A stretch of DNA of 63,074 nt, counting the filler, from Octopus bimaculoides (lineage: Eukaryota): the NCBI RefSeq assembly GCF_001194135.2. It is 3 parts of 3 records of this genome, joined end to end, with 100 filler letters (N's around TTAATTAATTAA, not from the genome) between each part and the next. Parts side by side here need not be neighbours in the genome. Positions count along the whole stretch, not along the records: positions 1 to 11,983 come from NC_068991.1; positions 12,084 to 37,405 come from NC_068989.1; 1 more part is not named here. The stretch is one strand, 5' to 3'. Both the position numbers and the translations under genes were made by a program. This document shows positions 1-12,290 of this stretch, piece after piece (positions within the stretch are counted from its first letter, which is position 1; each line of letters opens with the position of its first letter). Under the pieces are notes generated by a model. The model ran no database searches. It saw only the letters and a program-made list of their open reading frames with translations, and was not told where the DNA came from.

Positions 1-415
1 GTGGCACTTTTTCACACAGCTATCCTCATTCATTCTTGCTACATGACCATACCAGCGCAATCGTCTCTCTTGCACACCACAACTGATGCTTCGTAAGTTC
101 AACTTTTCTCTCAAGGTACTGATACTCTGTCTAGTATGCACACTGACATTACACATCCATCGAAACATATTGGCTTCATTCCTTGTGAGCCTACGCATGT
201 CCTCAACAGTCACGGCCCATGTTTCACTGCCATGAAGCATGGCTGTTCGTACACATGCGTCATACAATCTGCCTTTTACTCTGAGAGAGAGACCCTTTGT
301 CGCCAGCAGAGGTAAGAGCTCTCTGAACTTTGCCCAGGCTATTCTAATTCTAGCAGCTACGCTTTCAGCGCACCCACCCCCACTGCTAATTTGGTCACGA
401 CAGGCATCTTTCACT
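1..415 (-). mobile_element. RTE-clade LINE fragment (post-RT C-terminal region)
   Basis: Minus-strand translation gives ESVAARIRIAWAKFRELLPLLATKGLSLRVKGRLYDACVRTAMLHGSETWAVT and VQERRLRWYGHVARM, matching the RTE motifs LLYGSETW and RLRWxGHV. Same family as 6345-7700. Confidence 0.9.
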
Positions 416-419
416 TTCC

Positions 420-545
420 ATCAACCAAATCCACTCTCAAGTCTTTGGTCAGCCTGAGGCTATAGTGGTAGACACTTACCTAAGGTGCCACGCAGTGGGA
501 CTGAACCTGGAACCATGTGGTTGATAAGCAAGCTACTTATCATAT
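420..545 (-). mobile_element. tRNA-derived SINE, family A, partial
   Basis: Reverse complement of the 5' half of the SINE at 17826-18250 (ccaaatccactc...aaggtgccacgcagtgggactgaacc...aagcaagctactt). Confidence 0.85.
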
Positions 546-554
546 AAAACAATG

Positions 555-592
<38 letters not shown>

Positions 593-1049
593 ACAAACCT
601 AGTATAAAATTACAACAACTAAAACAAAACCAAAGTCAAATTATTATATATAATAAAGAGATAACACACAGCCACTCCTGCTCCTCATATTTACTATATA
701 TTGAACAAGGTATCTCCATCATAACTTACCAAGTCAACGGACCCATTTAGCTCATCATTTAATTCAACCTATCTATACCACCCATGTGTGTGTGCTATAA
801 CTGAGGTTCACAAATGGGGTGCCATTTTCATCCTCATGTGGATGGTCACATGTAGATAGAAATTTGATATTTTCCTAATCCCTCTATGTAGTCATTAGCA
901 AATTTCCTTTTTGCCATTGGAGTATTTCACTTCTTTTTTTAAATTTTGCTTTTTCTTTTAAATCCCTTTTTTAGTTCCAACTATTTTAGCACACGTTCCA
1001 CAGATTAAAATCCACCATAAGGTTGACCAAACTGAAAAACTGAGAAAAA

Positions 1050-1700
1050 AAATAACGTATAGCCCTGGTTATGACATGAAAGTAATAATTTCCACATTGT
1101 GCCCTATACCATGTTTGCATACACTACTGTCTCTTTGTCCAGTATAACAACTGGATCCAAACTTTTGTGGTTTTCCAGGAGCATACTATTGGAAACCTAC
1201 CCAACTGTAATTAACAAACCATTCCTTTATTGACAGATAGGTTTCTCCCAGAATTTTAATATTTTACATGTGTTTTGGTGAATGTTGTATGTGTTTTTGC
1301 TTAAGATGAAAGGTCATATGTTAAATTAGGGATCAAAGTTTAGCTCTCCACACACTGGTGTACTGCTACATGTTTATTACATGTAAAGATTGGGATAGTT
1401 AAAAACAAAATCGTGTCCTCGTCATCATATTGGAAACATACTAGCCTCTGAAAGGTTCACCATTAATCCAGTAGTTTGTAATTCTGGATAGTTTTCTTGT
1501 ACTAATAATAATGTTGGTAGCAAAAAATTTTTGGATTTCGTTCATGTATGTGGAAGGCCACAAACTATCTTTTGTTCCTCATTGTTTATGTTCTGCTGCA
1601 TAATGATTCATTTCCACAATTATTACTTCAAACAAAGATGGGTGAAATATTGTGACTAGGTCCAGTATCTTCAGAAAAACCAATAAGAAAATCAGTTTCC
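1050..1700 (-). mobile_element. Degenerate piggyBac transposase relic
   Basis: Minus-strand peptides with stops and frameshifts: EMNHYAAEH, NEIQKFFATNII...RKLSRITNYW...VSNMMTRTRF, GRNLSVNKGMV, Q*YAPGKPQKFG. These resemble the DDE_Tnp_1_7 motifs (MxRxRF, LSVDEGM, QYxPxKPxKxG). Boundaries approximate. Confidence 0.7.
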
Positions 1701-1983
1701 AAATTCTTACTTCATTCAAGTACTAATTCATTTTCTTTATCATTATTTGGAGCTGTTGGAACTGATGGTTTCACTTTCAGAAATCAAAATATCTGATTCA
1801 TAATCACATACCATGTAGTTTTATAGCATTATAGCATCATAATTTTGAAATATCTATAAAACCGTCAAAAGATTATTTATTTTTATGTTTTTTGATTTAT
1901 TATTAGTGTTGCTTAATATGTTTTGCTAAAATTGCTGTTTCCTTTCAGATATCATCAGAAAAAGGTAATTAAAATTCATTAAA

Positions 1984-2160
1984 ATGACAGATCAATTGGA
2001 CTTACAAAGAGGTCAAATTGTTGGTGCTCGTATGGCAGGTGCTAGTGTAACGAAAACAGCCAAAATATTTGATGTATGAAGAAGTACTGCCTCGGAAGTA
2101 ATGACAGCATTTGAGAAAGAGGGAAAAACCTCTGCGTCAAAACAAAACTCTGGAAGAAAA
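1984..2160 (+). mobile_element. Tc1-family transposase N-terminal HTH fragment
   Basis: MTDQLDLQRGQIVGARMAGASVTKTAKIFDV*RSTASEVMTAFEKEGKTSASKQNSGRK, typical of the paired-like DNA-binding N-terminus of Tc1 transposases. One in-frame stop. Confidence 0.8.
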
Positions 2161-2779
2161 CTACTGCAGATAAAGAAGGCTAGCTCATCAGATCAGAACA
2201 TCGTGGAACACCAATGCTTGAATTCTGTTTATATATACAAAATTTTNNNNNNNNNNNNNNNNNNNNNNNNNNNNNNNNNNNNNNNNNNNNNNNNNNNNNN
2301 NNNNNNNNNNNNNNNNNNNNNNNNNNNNNNNNNNNNNNNNNNNNNNNNNNNNNNNNNNNNNNNNNNNNNNNNNNNNNNNNNNNNNNNNNNNNNNNNNNNN
2401 NNNNNNNNNNNNNNNNNNNNNNNNNNNNNNNNNNNNNNNNNNNNNNNNNNNNNNNNNNNNNNNNNNNNNNNNNNNNNNNNNNNNNNNNNNNNNNNNNNNN
2501 NNNNNNNNNNNNNNNNNNNNNNNNNNNNNNNNNNNNNNNNNNNNNNNNNNNNNNNNNNNNNNNNNNNNNNNNNNNNNNNNNNNNNNNNNNNNNNNNNNNN
2601 NNNNNNNNNNNNNNNNNNNNNNNNNNNNNNNNNNNNNNNNNNNNNNNNNNNNNNNNNNNNNNNNNNNNNNNNNNNNNNNNNNNNNNNNNNNNNNNNNNNN
2701 NNNNNNNNNNNNNNNNNNNNNNNNNNNNNNNNNNNNNNNNNNNNNNNNNNNNNNNNNNNNNNNNNNNNNNNNNNNNNNN

Positions 2780-4668
2780 CAGCGTTCCGTTATAATTCTT
2801 AATATTATATAGGAAAGTCGGTATACATCTAATGATGTATAACCCACTTTCCTATAAAGTGGTGACCCCGACTAAGAAACAAACGCAGCATGGATTCTGG
2901 ACTACCAACCTATAACTGGTGAACCCGACTAAAGAACAAATGCGGCCATGGAGACTGAATTACCAAGCAACGATGACCACCAACGCCACCGACATCTCCA
3001 ACCATAGTCAACACGACTTACTATGTACACCAAACTAAACCACCGTGGCAAATCTCTCTCTTCGATTCTGTTAGGTGACTTAGGTTCATCACGATAATAA
3101 ACAGACAAGAATTACAGCCTGCGGTACTTCCAATTGTGTACTCAAGAACTTGGTATAAAACTCTCACGTGTACTGACTTTCTATCTGCTGTAATATCTCA
3201 CATACATATAGACGGCCTGTCTTTTATTATGTTCTTATATGTTGCATTCACACTCTCACATACACATACATCTTTTATGCCACACTAAACATCTCTTGTT
3301 ATTCATTTCATACGGTTGTCTTTTCTATCGTCTCATTACTGGCTATTTATGTTATCGTAGTATAACATAATTATTTGTATATCATCTTTGATATATTATT
3401 TTGTGTTNNNNNNNNNNTGTTCTTTCATCTTGGGTTAAAAAAATTTTCTTCGAGGTTTTCGCTAATAGTCGTACAGAGTTTTGTCTGTCGACCGTCTGTA
3501 AAAGCGCACCTCTTCAAATACCATCATCACCGAGCAGCCTTTTCGCCACCAGCTTCGTTCAACCAAGATTACCACCGTCAACACCATTACCACCACACAT
3601 ACAGAACAGCTATATTACAGTTCCTGCGCCAACGTCTTCACCATCAATGTACTGTCTACCACAATGTCGTGCACCAACAACCCCACCACCAGGGACACAT
3701 CAGATTAACACACTCGGTTTTATCTTCACTGTGGAGTGGAATTTATCCACTCACGCACAACAGTCAGAGCTAGCCGACTTGAATATTCCGTACCAGGTAA
3801 CCGGTCACGACTAGCATCCGACGCTCAACTATAGCTCTGCCAACTGACCACGACTTCCTGAGTACAGACATTCTAAATCAACTTGTGTAACTCTTATACG
3901 AACTGAATTTTTGTCTCTACAGACACTTTAATATGTTCTGTGTTTTTTCTCACACACACACTTGTGCACTCATACATTTTCTTTCCTTTCAGTAAAAACA
4001 AACACTCAGACTTTCACATTCCGTGATTCCAGTTCCTGGACAGTAGTCATCACGATTTGTTTTCTCATTGTCTCATTTGTTTTTTTACTAGGTGGCATTT
4101 ACTGCCCATATTGCATGTTTTTCTTTCATTCCTTCAATTTGTACATTGCATGCACGTATCACACGAGTGTACATTTCATTTCCTTCATTTTTCTTTGTGT
4201 GTGTTTGTGCTACATCTTGTGGGTGGTTTTCAGTGGCCATCCTGCCTCAGGCGTTCCAACAGAATTTTATTTTATATTATTGTGCGTTCCGCACTGGCAA
4301 GGGAGCCCTGTAGTAACGCTGTGCGCATGCGTAGTCTCACGCATGCGTGCAATTCAACAACCAAGCTTTCCCGCTTCATTCTGTCTCTTTCTTGCTGGCC
4401 AGCGATTGAGCAAGGACGTGTTTAGCTGTCTCTCTCCATCTTTCGAACTTACACTAGACAGCTCGCTCACATCTACATACCAACGTCCCAACAACCATGC
4501 TCACACACACAGAAGAAGTCTCAACAAACAAGAGCTAAAGATGTATATATTCCACCTTGAATAAATGTTGTTAGTGTTGATAGTCTGGAGTTCAGCGTTC
4601 TGTTAATTCTTAATTTTATATAGGAAAGTCAGGTATACATCTAAAGATGTATAACCCTCTTTCCTATA
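2780..4668 (+). mobile_element. Non-autonomous Gypsy-type LTR retroelement (5' LTR end, PBS, internal region, PPT, 3' LTR)
   Basis: 2780-2856 is a direct repeat of ~4591-4668. PBS TGGTGACCCCGAC at 2860-2872. A purine-rich CAAGGGAG lies just before TGTAG at 4309, where the 3' LTR starts. No gag/pol motifs recognised inside. Most of the 5' LTR is in the N gap. Confidence 0.8.
4309..4668 (+). repeat. 3' LTR of the element above (~360 bp)
   Basis: Begins TGTAG after the PPT, contains AATAAA (~4559) and ends in ttcctata like the 5' LTR remnant. Confidence 0.75.
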
Positions 4669-4676
4669 TATCTATA

Positions 4677-4711
<35 letters not shown>

Positions 4712-5618
4712 TATGGATGATGGATACAAGATAAAATTAGCTTGGTGTAGTCATGAATAATAAGTATGTTTTGTATATTTATTAAGATGTTGGATCGAAG
4801 TTTAGGGAATTGACCATCCACCAACCCACCTGAAACTGCCCCTGGCTCTATGATACAACCTTCCTATTTTAAAGTGATCTAAATTAAAACTTCCATAAAA
4901 AAAAGTACGTGTTAATTTATGTTCTGAACACCAACTAAATAATGACACAGTTATTTAACTAAATTCATCATTATTTTGAAAATTAATTGAGAAAAAGGTA
5001 ATGTATTTCAACATAAATATTGTAAAGAAAAAACAAGGGGTAGGAAAAAAAGTAAAGGAGTTCAATAAAAAAAATTATTGTAAGTGTTTAAAAATATGTA
5101 TAAAAAATAAAATAAATTATAAAATAATATACATGAATTCAATAGAAAACACTCAGCTGGAGATACAAGATTACACCATGAATAGAAGAAATACACATAA
5201 TATTATATATATATATATATATATATTCAGAGAGAAATACTTAATGTGTCTGTGTGTATATATACATATGTATATACAATGTAGTGCAATACAGAGATTC
5301 TAGTTTGTCTCTGTGTGGTTGTGTAGTTATATGTATGTGTGTATTGATATATGCATGTTAGTATGCACACATGTATTTCTGTGAATGGTGTCATATTTAC
5401 TCCTTCTCTTTCATGTTTTCATTGACTTTAAGCAAACAGCAGCCTCGGTGTCAAATATAGGTAGTGTCATATGCATCAAATTGACTGAAAACTTCTGCAA
5501 GCTTACTGACATATGTTGCACAATTTTTATAAACAAAAATGCTCATAACTACGAAGGTGCATCTGCTATTCATGAAGTGTTTGTTGTTCAATAGAAAATG
5601 AAATTCTTATCTACATAC

Positions 5619-5677
5619 CAGCCTACATTTCCTTCAGTATCAATGTCATCTGCAGTGGCAACAGCTTCAATCACAGA
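5619..5677 (-). CDS. Candidate isolated internal exon of an unidentified host gene (SVIEAVATADDIDTEGNVG, phase 0 to 2)
   Basis: Acceptor gtttctttttatctag and donor TG|gtatgt. Only one of three frames is open over the 59 nt. No family recognised and no partner exon found. Confidence 0.35.
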
Positions 5678-6344
5678 CTAGATAAAAAGAAACATGTTAA
5701 ACAAATATCTTTTTAAAATAATCATCAATTCCAACATGGAAGAGTTTGTATTTTTTCTATTTAAAAACTGAAAAGAAAAAAAAAAAGTTACATTCACTTT
5801 TGATTTTTTTTTTGAAGTGTTTATGTCTTCATTACACAATCAGAACCATAGAGTTGTAGCTAGACATGAGGAGTTAAAGTTGGTAAAATATAATGAACCC
5901 AGCTCTAACTACATGCAAATATGATGTGCTAAAATTTCAAATTTTACAAGTATTTGACTATTTTCTGCACTGAAAATGATCAAATCTCTTATTTAAGGGC
6001 TTCTTAAGAAAGAAGTTTGTGTAAAAGCAATCCTCTTAAAAACAAGACATTAGTAAATTTTGGATTTGTATTTTCTAAGAAACACTTATCCTATAGTTAG
6101 TGCTTTGAAAATGAATTTTATCAGGATGAACTTTTCAATACTTTACAAAATAATATTTATTTCATTTAACAGAACCTCTTACATCACATTCACTCTAAAT
6201 AAATGTAAACTGTAACAAGATATTAAAATTTGCAAGCTCACAGATATTCATTTGGCTGTTTTCTATAGTAAAAACAATTACATCAGATTTAAGGATTTCT
6301 ATGAAGGAGGATCTAGTAGAAGGAATTCTGTTTCTTGGCACAAT

Positions 6345-7700
6345 GAGTATAATGCATAGGGCTCAACTCTCAGCACCCTCTTGTTTATCATAATCCTCCA
6401 GGCTATAACAGGAATTTAAAACTGGTTACCCATGGGTGCTCCACTACACTAATGACCTTGTTCTTATAGCTGTAGGTACAGTCAGGAATCAAAGGGCTTT
6501 AGAGTTAATTTAGCAAAGGCCAAAGTACTAGTAAGCAGGAAAGCAAACAAATTGCTAATCTCTTCAGGGAAATGGCTCTGCTCAATATGTAAGAAAAATG
6601 TAGGTAGAAATTCTATACAATGTACCAAATACAAGCTATGGAAACATAAGAGGGGTAGTGGAACCACAACAAAGTCAAGAGAGAAAGTAGTCTTTGAGTG
6701 TATAAGCACTAAGAACACACAAGAAATAGACTTCCTCCAATATCTAGGAGGATCCTTGGAGATAGTGGAATGTTTCTGTTACCTAGGTGACCAAATTAAC
6801 AGTGGCAGAGGGTACTCTGAAAGCATAGTTACTAGAATCAGACTTGGTTGGGTAAAATTCAGGGAACAATTACCTTTATTAGTAACAAAGGGCCTCTCCC
6901 TCAGAGTGAAAGATGAATTGTATGATGTTTATGTACAAACAGCTATACAACATGGTAGTGAAATGTGGACTGTAACTGTAGAGGATATGTGATGGTTTCA
7001 AAAAAGTGAAGCCAGTATGCTTTGCTGGATATGCAATATCAGTGTGTATATATGACAGAGTGTAAATTTACATAGGAAATATTGGGTATAGGTAGTATCA
7101 CATGTAATGTGCAAGAGAGAAAACTGCATTTGTATGGTCATGTGATGCATATGGATGAGGACAAGGGAACCTGTGAAAGAGGATGACCCAGGAAGATAGA
7201 CAAAGTGGTGAAAAATGATCTAAAGAAGATGAGCCTCACAGAGCAGATGATAAAGGACCAAGGCAACAGGTAATTTGCTATATTTGAAAAACCAAATTGC
7301 CTATCTTCCACATCTCTTGAACTTACCCACCAGCTCAATGCAATCCTTCTTCACACTTCACTTAAATGCATCTCCCTGTAACTTCACTGTACCCCACCAT
7401 TACATCTTTATATTTCTCTCTCTTCTCTTGCCTACTGAAATAACCATGTATCTCCTTTCCTGCAAGACACCTATTTCTGTCTCTCTATTCATACTCTAAC
7501 ATCTCATCACTTGGCAAAAAGCCAACTTCCACAAAACTTCTGCCACCCCTCAGTTGAGGAGTTTTGCCATGTAAAAAGCATCTAGTACACTCTGTGAAGT
7601 GGTTAGCATTAGGAAGGGCATCCAGTTATAGAAACCATGCCAAAACAGATAGTAGCGCTTGACACAGTCTTCTGACTTGCATGCTCTTGTCAAACTAACA
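6345..7700 (+). mobile_element. Degenerate RTE LINE 3' portion (RT, C-terminus, 3' UTR)
   Basis: GSTLSTLLFIIILQAI..FKTGYPWVLHYTNDLVLIA (RT YADD region decayed to YTND). ORF 6552-6992 (..CFCYLGDQI...LPLLVTKGLSLRVK..HGSEMW), then LHLYGHV and a 3' UTR with aggaagggcatccag. Confidence 0.88.
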
Positions 7701-8689
7701 CGTACCAACACGGAAAATGAATGGAGGAGGAGAATTTAATAGAATCTCTTTGGTAAAAGAAATAGTACTTGAATACCAAAGGTAGAGTAATACACTATTC
7801 GTTAAAACTGAACAAGTTTTCATAAACTGTTACTCAAGAGTTTTATGTGACTGTTCATCATACAGTTGTGATAATACTAAAAAAATAAATTATGTGAGAC
7901 TATATAATATAATGATATAATATAACATAGTCTTACAGTTCAATGAATGAGCACAATCTGATTGGGTAACTGATTTTTAAAAAATATAATGGCATAAGGT
8001 TGGCTTAGGTGGAAGAATAAAATGGAAGTGCAAAAGGCAGTGCAAGAATACATAATAATAATACAGTCTTACAGTTCAACGTGCACTTCTGTTACATTCC
8101 TTTTAAATATTTGTAATTCCCATATCTGGATAGAGTCTATTTTATTTTTTCTTGCTTTTACATAATGTTTTATCAATTTGACTATTGTTGATATTTTATT
8201 TAGTATTATTACAACTGTCGGACAAATGGTTACATAAAACTGAGTAACAGTTGTGAAAATTTTTTCAGCTTTAATAAATGCTATTCCCTAGATACTATTT
8301 CCCTAGATATTAAATTGACTGTTTTTTACACTAAATAATCAAACCAGATTTAAAGATTTCAATGAAATTGTTATCTAGTAGAAACAATTATGTTTTTAAG
8401 AATAAGATGTGTTTAACAACTATTTATTTAACTGTGTCAACTGGTCTTATGGCAGTCAGTTGAAGGAAGAATCAACAGGGGAAGAAAACATCTAACCTGT
8501 GTGGACAACTTGTTTCAGAAGAGTGAAATGGCAAACATTGACAAACTAAGAACAGACATGGGAAACTGCAATAGATGGTGTGCTTGCATGAAATTATTGA
8601 AGCATCTGGGAGGAAAGCCAAACTAAACTACTTAAATGAATGGAATAGTCATTTTGTTAGAAAGAGTCATCTTTATTATGCTGTATCAT

Positions 8690-8945
8690 CATCATCATCA
8701 TCATCATTTAACATCAGCCTTCCAAGCTGGCATGGGTTGGATGGTTTGATAGGATCTGGCCAGGTAGAAGACTACACTAGACTACTGTGTCTGTTTTAGT
8801 ATGAACCGAGTGCTTTTTATGTGGCACCAGCACAGGCGAGGTCAGTTTTGGCATGACTTTTACAACTGGATACCCTTCCAAAATGCTAACCACTTCACAG
8901 TGTGGACTGGATGCTTTTTACATGGCACCAGTACTGGAAGGGTCA
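8690..8945 (-). mobile_element. RTE-type 3' UTR fragment with (TGA)n tail, inverted relative to 7560-7700
   Basis: ctggatacccttccaaaatgctaaccacttcacagtgtg is the near reverse complement of cacactctgtgaagtggttagcattaggaagggcatccag at ~7587-7625. Starts at a (TCA)n run. Confidence 0.75.
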
Positions 8946-9344
8946 CTAAGTAACTTGCAAAACAAAGATCCTTTGAGATGGGTGGGGGCATTGGAAGAGG
9001 TGATTTTGTGTCAGATGATGAAAGATGAGAGTGTGATAGAGAGACAGAGACGCAGAAACAGGTGTCTTGCTATAGAGGAGGTACATGGTTACCTGGCCAG
9101 AGAGAGGGGAGATGAAGAGAGAAAGAGAAAGAAGAAGAGAGATATATAGAGAGAAAGAGAAACAGGGTGAGGGGGAGTGAGAGAGAGATAGAGAGAGAGT
9201 GGAAGATGAAACAAGAAAGAGGACAGAAACAGGTGAGCTAATGTAAAGGAGATACTTGGTTACCTAGCCAGGGGGGGGGGACAGCGAGAGGAGAGAGAGA
9301 GAGAGTGGGAGACAGCAAAAGTGCAAGAGAGAGCAGGAGAGAGA

Positions 9345-9855
9345 TGGAAGAAAACTCAAATATTACGACTAGAGAACTTGCAGAAGAGTTGGAAGTTTCT
9401 AAAAGTATGGCTCATGAACACCTAGTGAAGCTAGGATACATTTCTCACTTTAATGTATCAGTCCCTCACAAACTTTCAGAAAAGAATTGCTTGGACTGAT
9501 ATTCCATTTGTGATATGCTTTTGAAATGGAATGAAAGCATACCTTTTTTGAAACAACTTGTGACTGGAGATGAAAAATGGATTGTGCATGAAAACAAAGT
9601 GTGCAAAAGATCCTTGAATTTGCGTAAGGATCCCCCAAAACAGTAACCAAAGACGAATATCCACATCACAAAAGCTATGCTTTGTGTTTGGTGGGATCAT
9701 AAAGGCATTATTTATTATGAGCTTCTCCCACAAAACCAGACAATTTTGATGTGTACTGTCATCAGCTGGCTAATTTGAACCAAAAAATCAAAAGAATTGA
9801 GGCTGGAGATTGCCAACAGGAAAGGGTTAGTGTTCCAACAACATGTAGCAAGTCA
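9345..9855 (+). mobile_element. Degenerate mariner transposase fragment
   Basis: ELAEELEVSK..HLVKLG..VSVPHKL (WVPHEL-like), FLKQLVTGDEKWI, MLCVWWDHKGIIYYELLP, with stops and frameshifts. Confidence 0.9.
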
Positions 9856-10464
9856 TAAAAGGCGGCAATATGATGTAATGGTCGTTTGCCTGAGCAAGCA
9901 TAATTGTTGGTAATCCCATTGGTTAAAATTACTGCCCATATACAAATTCTAAACTTTCTTCAAAGAAATGTTTCACGAAATACGGTTCTTAGAATTCAGA
10001 TATGAGCAGTTATAAAAACCCTGATTTTTGGGAAATTACTCAATGTTCGTAGGATTGTTACTAAACTCCACGACATTCACGATAGTGTTTGTTGGATGTT
10101 ACTAAACTCCACGACACTCACTCATCGAGATATTGACTATTTTTTATGCCATGTCTATGATAAAAATCCAACAAGACTTATTTGAATTGTTGTGAACTCT
10201 AGTAGTTAGTATGAAGGATTAGCTAGTGTGAATTTTAAGTCGTAATTCTCTGACAAAATGACTTTACTTTCCAATTGTACTATAAATGCTAAATGTACAC
10301 AAATAAAATAATGTAGTAATTATTTCCTCTTTCTTCATGTTCTTTTGTTAATGAAATTTATTTCTGCAATTATGAAACTGTGATTTTCTTATAGCTTAAA
10401 AGAACACTATATTGGTCAGATTTATCAACCCCACCCATATATTTGTTATAACAAATATTCACTA

Positions 10465-11870
10465 GGGGTGAACACCAGCGCCAACACCGGGTTGTTCATT
10501 AGAAGACAGAAATAAAATCTATCTTTTGTCTTTGAAAGCAGTAGCTAACAAATTCTCTTTTTGCATTTGTAAAATGTCCCCTCTTTTTCTAATTTTGTTT
10601 TCATTTCACAGGGTAAACCTTTATGGTTTCCTGTAACAGTACTGCACGTGTAAGTACTTACACGGGCAAGATTTTCTGCCAAAGCCACTGAAGAAAAAAA
10701 AAATGGTCAAAATAGAGGCATCAGTGCTGAGGGTGAAATGGTTCAGTAAGAGACTATACTACACCATGTCCTAATCCATATGGTCTGTTTCCATTATATT
10801 TTTTACCTGTGTAAACATCAAAGTTTACACAATATCCTGTCTCTGATTCACAAACTTCTCATACCTTGATCCCCCATTTAGTAGGTTTGGCAGGCATGTA
10901 CTGCTGAAAATGTACTCTGCTCTTATAGCCTATCATGGCATCATCTACACTGAGATTTTTCCCAGGTAGATACACAGTTTTATAATCATTAACAAGTAAA
11001 TAAGTACATGCTTACAGGATGTACTTTGTACAGGGGATCATAGTTTGGGTCGTTTTTGCTGGAGGCATTAACAGAATCAGTTAAATGTAAATACTGAGAT
11101 ATTTTCGAATACCTCGTCTTTGAGATTATACTTGAGATATATGCATCACAATACCTTATATCAGTAGTTCCACAGTTGAGGAAACTGTTTAACACCAAAC
11201 ATAATATTAATTGTGAAAAAACGCCCTCATTTCTGCAGTATAAGTTAGTTGCCATAGTGGATCGTTTCTTCCACGAACAGAAATTAAACGTTGCACATAT
11301 TTGTTTGTTTCCTCTGCAACATTTTCAAAAAAACTTTCTGGTAAAAATAAAAATAGATAGTCCAATGGTTGAGCATCAAGGGGTAAATTGTGGTGTGGAC
11401 CAGTGTTTTCTGTGAAATCAGGAGTAGTAATTGGTGTTGTAATCTTTGACCATGTTTATGATATCATTTTCATCACTTTTGTTCTCAAAATCTTCCTCGT
11501 CACTAATATAGATATCAGATTCATCTGAAGACAAAATACTCTTGCTTTCATTTATATTTTCTATATCGTCAAGAGTAAAACTTTTAAAGTCAGAATCGCT
11601 ACTTGCTGATGCCATTTCTTTAAAAACTAAGGTACAAATTTCTCTTCAAACATTGAAAAAACCATGTGGCCTAAACAATTTCAGAGTATACTTGAATATA
11701 GGCAGGAAAGGCTTCATCTCGCATTATCTCAAAGCTACGAGAATTCAATAACATGATTTGTTCATTTTTTTCTTAGCGATTTCGTAGAGCAGTCGGATAC
11801 AGCTGGCTTGAACAAATAAAGGAGAATTAATTTTGGCCATTTATGGCTGGTTTGAACATTAAAGGGTTAA
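10465..11870 (-). mobile_element. Degenerate piggyBac element with its 5' end and TTAA site
   Basis: TTAA at 11867-11870 followed on the minus strand by CCCTTT. Acidic N-terminus MASASSDSD (11615). Then KTRYSKISQYLHLTD..DPNYDPLYKVHP, NLSVDDAMIGYKSRVHFQQYMPAKPTKWG, DVYTGK, GLGHGVV, YFDHFF, FKDKR. Multiple stops and frameshifts. Confidence 0.92.
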
Positions 11871-11983
11871 ATTGCCTGATAGATGGGCAAATGCCATTAA
11901 TAATAATGGAAATTATTTCATTAAATAAAATTTATTGAAAGCTCAATTATTTATATTTCTTTTTGCATATTTAAAATAAATGC

Positions 11984-12083
11984 NNNNNNNNNNNNNNNNN
12001 NNNNNNNNNNNNNNNNNNNNNNNNNNNTTAATTAATTAANNNNNNNNNNNNNNNNNNNNNNNNNNNNNNNNNNNNNNNNNNNN
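11984..12083. other. Artificial scaffold join (44 N + TTAATTAATTAA + 44 N)
   Basis: Exactly 100 bp with a palindromic spacer giving stops in all six frames. Identical layout at 37406-37505. Confidence 0.92.
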
Positions 12084-12290
12084 TGATGATGATGGTGTTG
12101 ATGATGGTGTTGATGGTGATGGTGATGGTGATGATGATGATGATGATGATGGTGGTGTTGATGATGATGATGGTGATGATGATGATGGTGATGAATAACA
12201 TCATCATCGTAGCCCTTATCTGTCTCCACCTCCTCCTACCCATAATCATCATCATCATCATCATCATTAAGCATCATCAACAACAACATC
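12084..12290. repeat. (TGA/GGT)n and (CAT)n trinucleotide microsatellite
   Basis: Directly visible. Source of the poly-M and poly-H ORFs. Confidence 0.95.

Noticed and set aside
10057-10121. 24-bp direct repeat with a 17-bp spacer (CRISPR-like look)
   Set aside because: Only two units, a short spacer, a eukaryotic context and no cas genes. It is a local tandem duplication.
10612-10664. Apparent plus-strand exon (GKPLWFPVTVLH) with good splice sites and an 18-bp palindrome
   Set aside because: The opposite strand reads continuously as piggyBac transposase (LAENLARVSTYTCSTVTGNHKGLP), so the signals are probably fortuitous.
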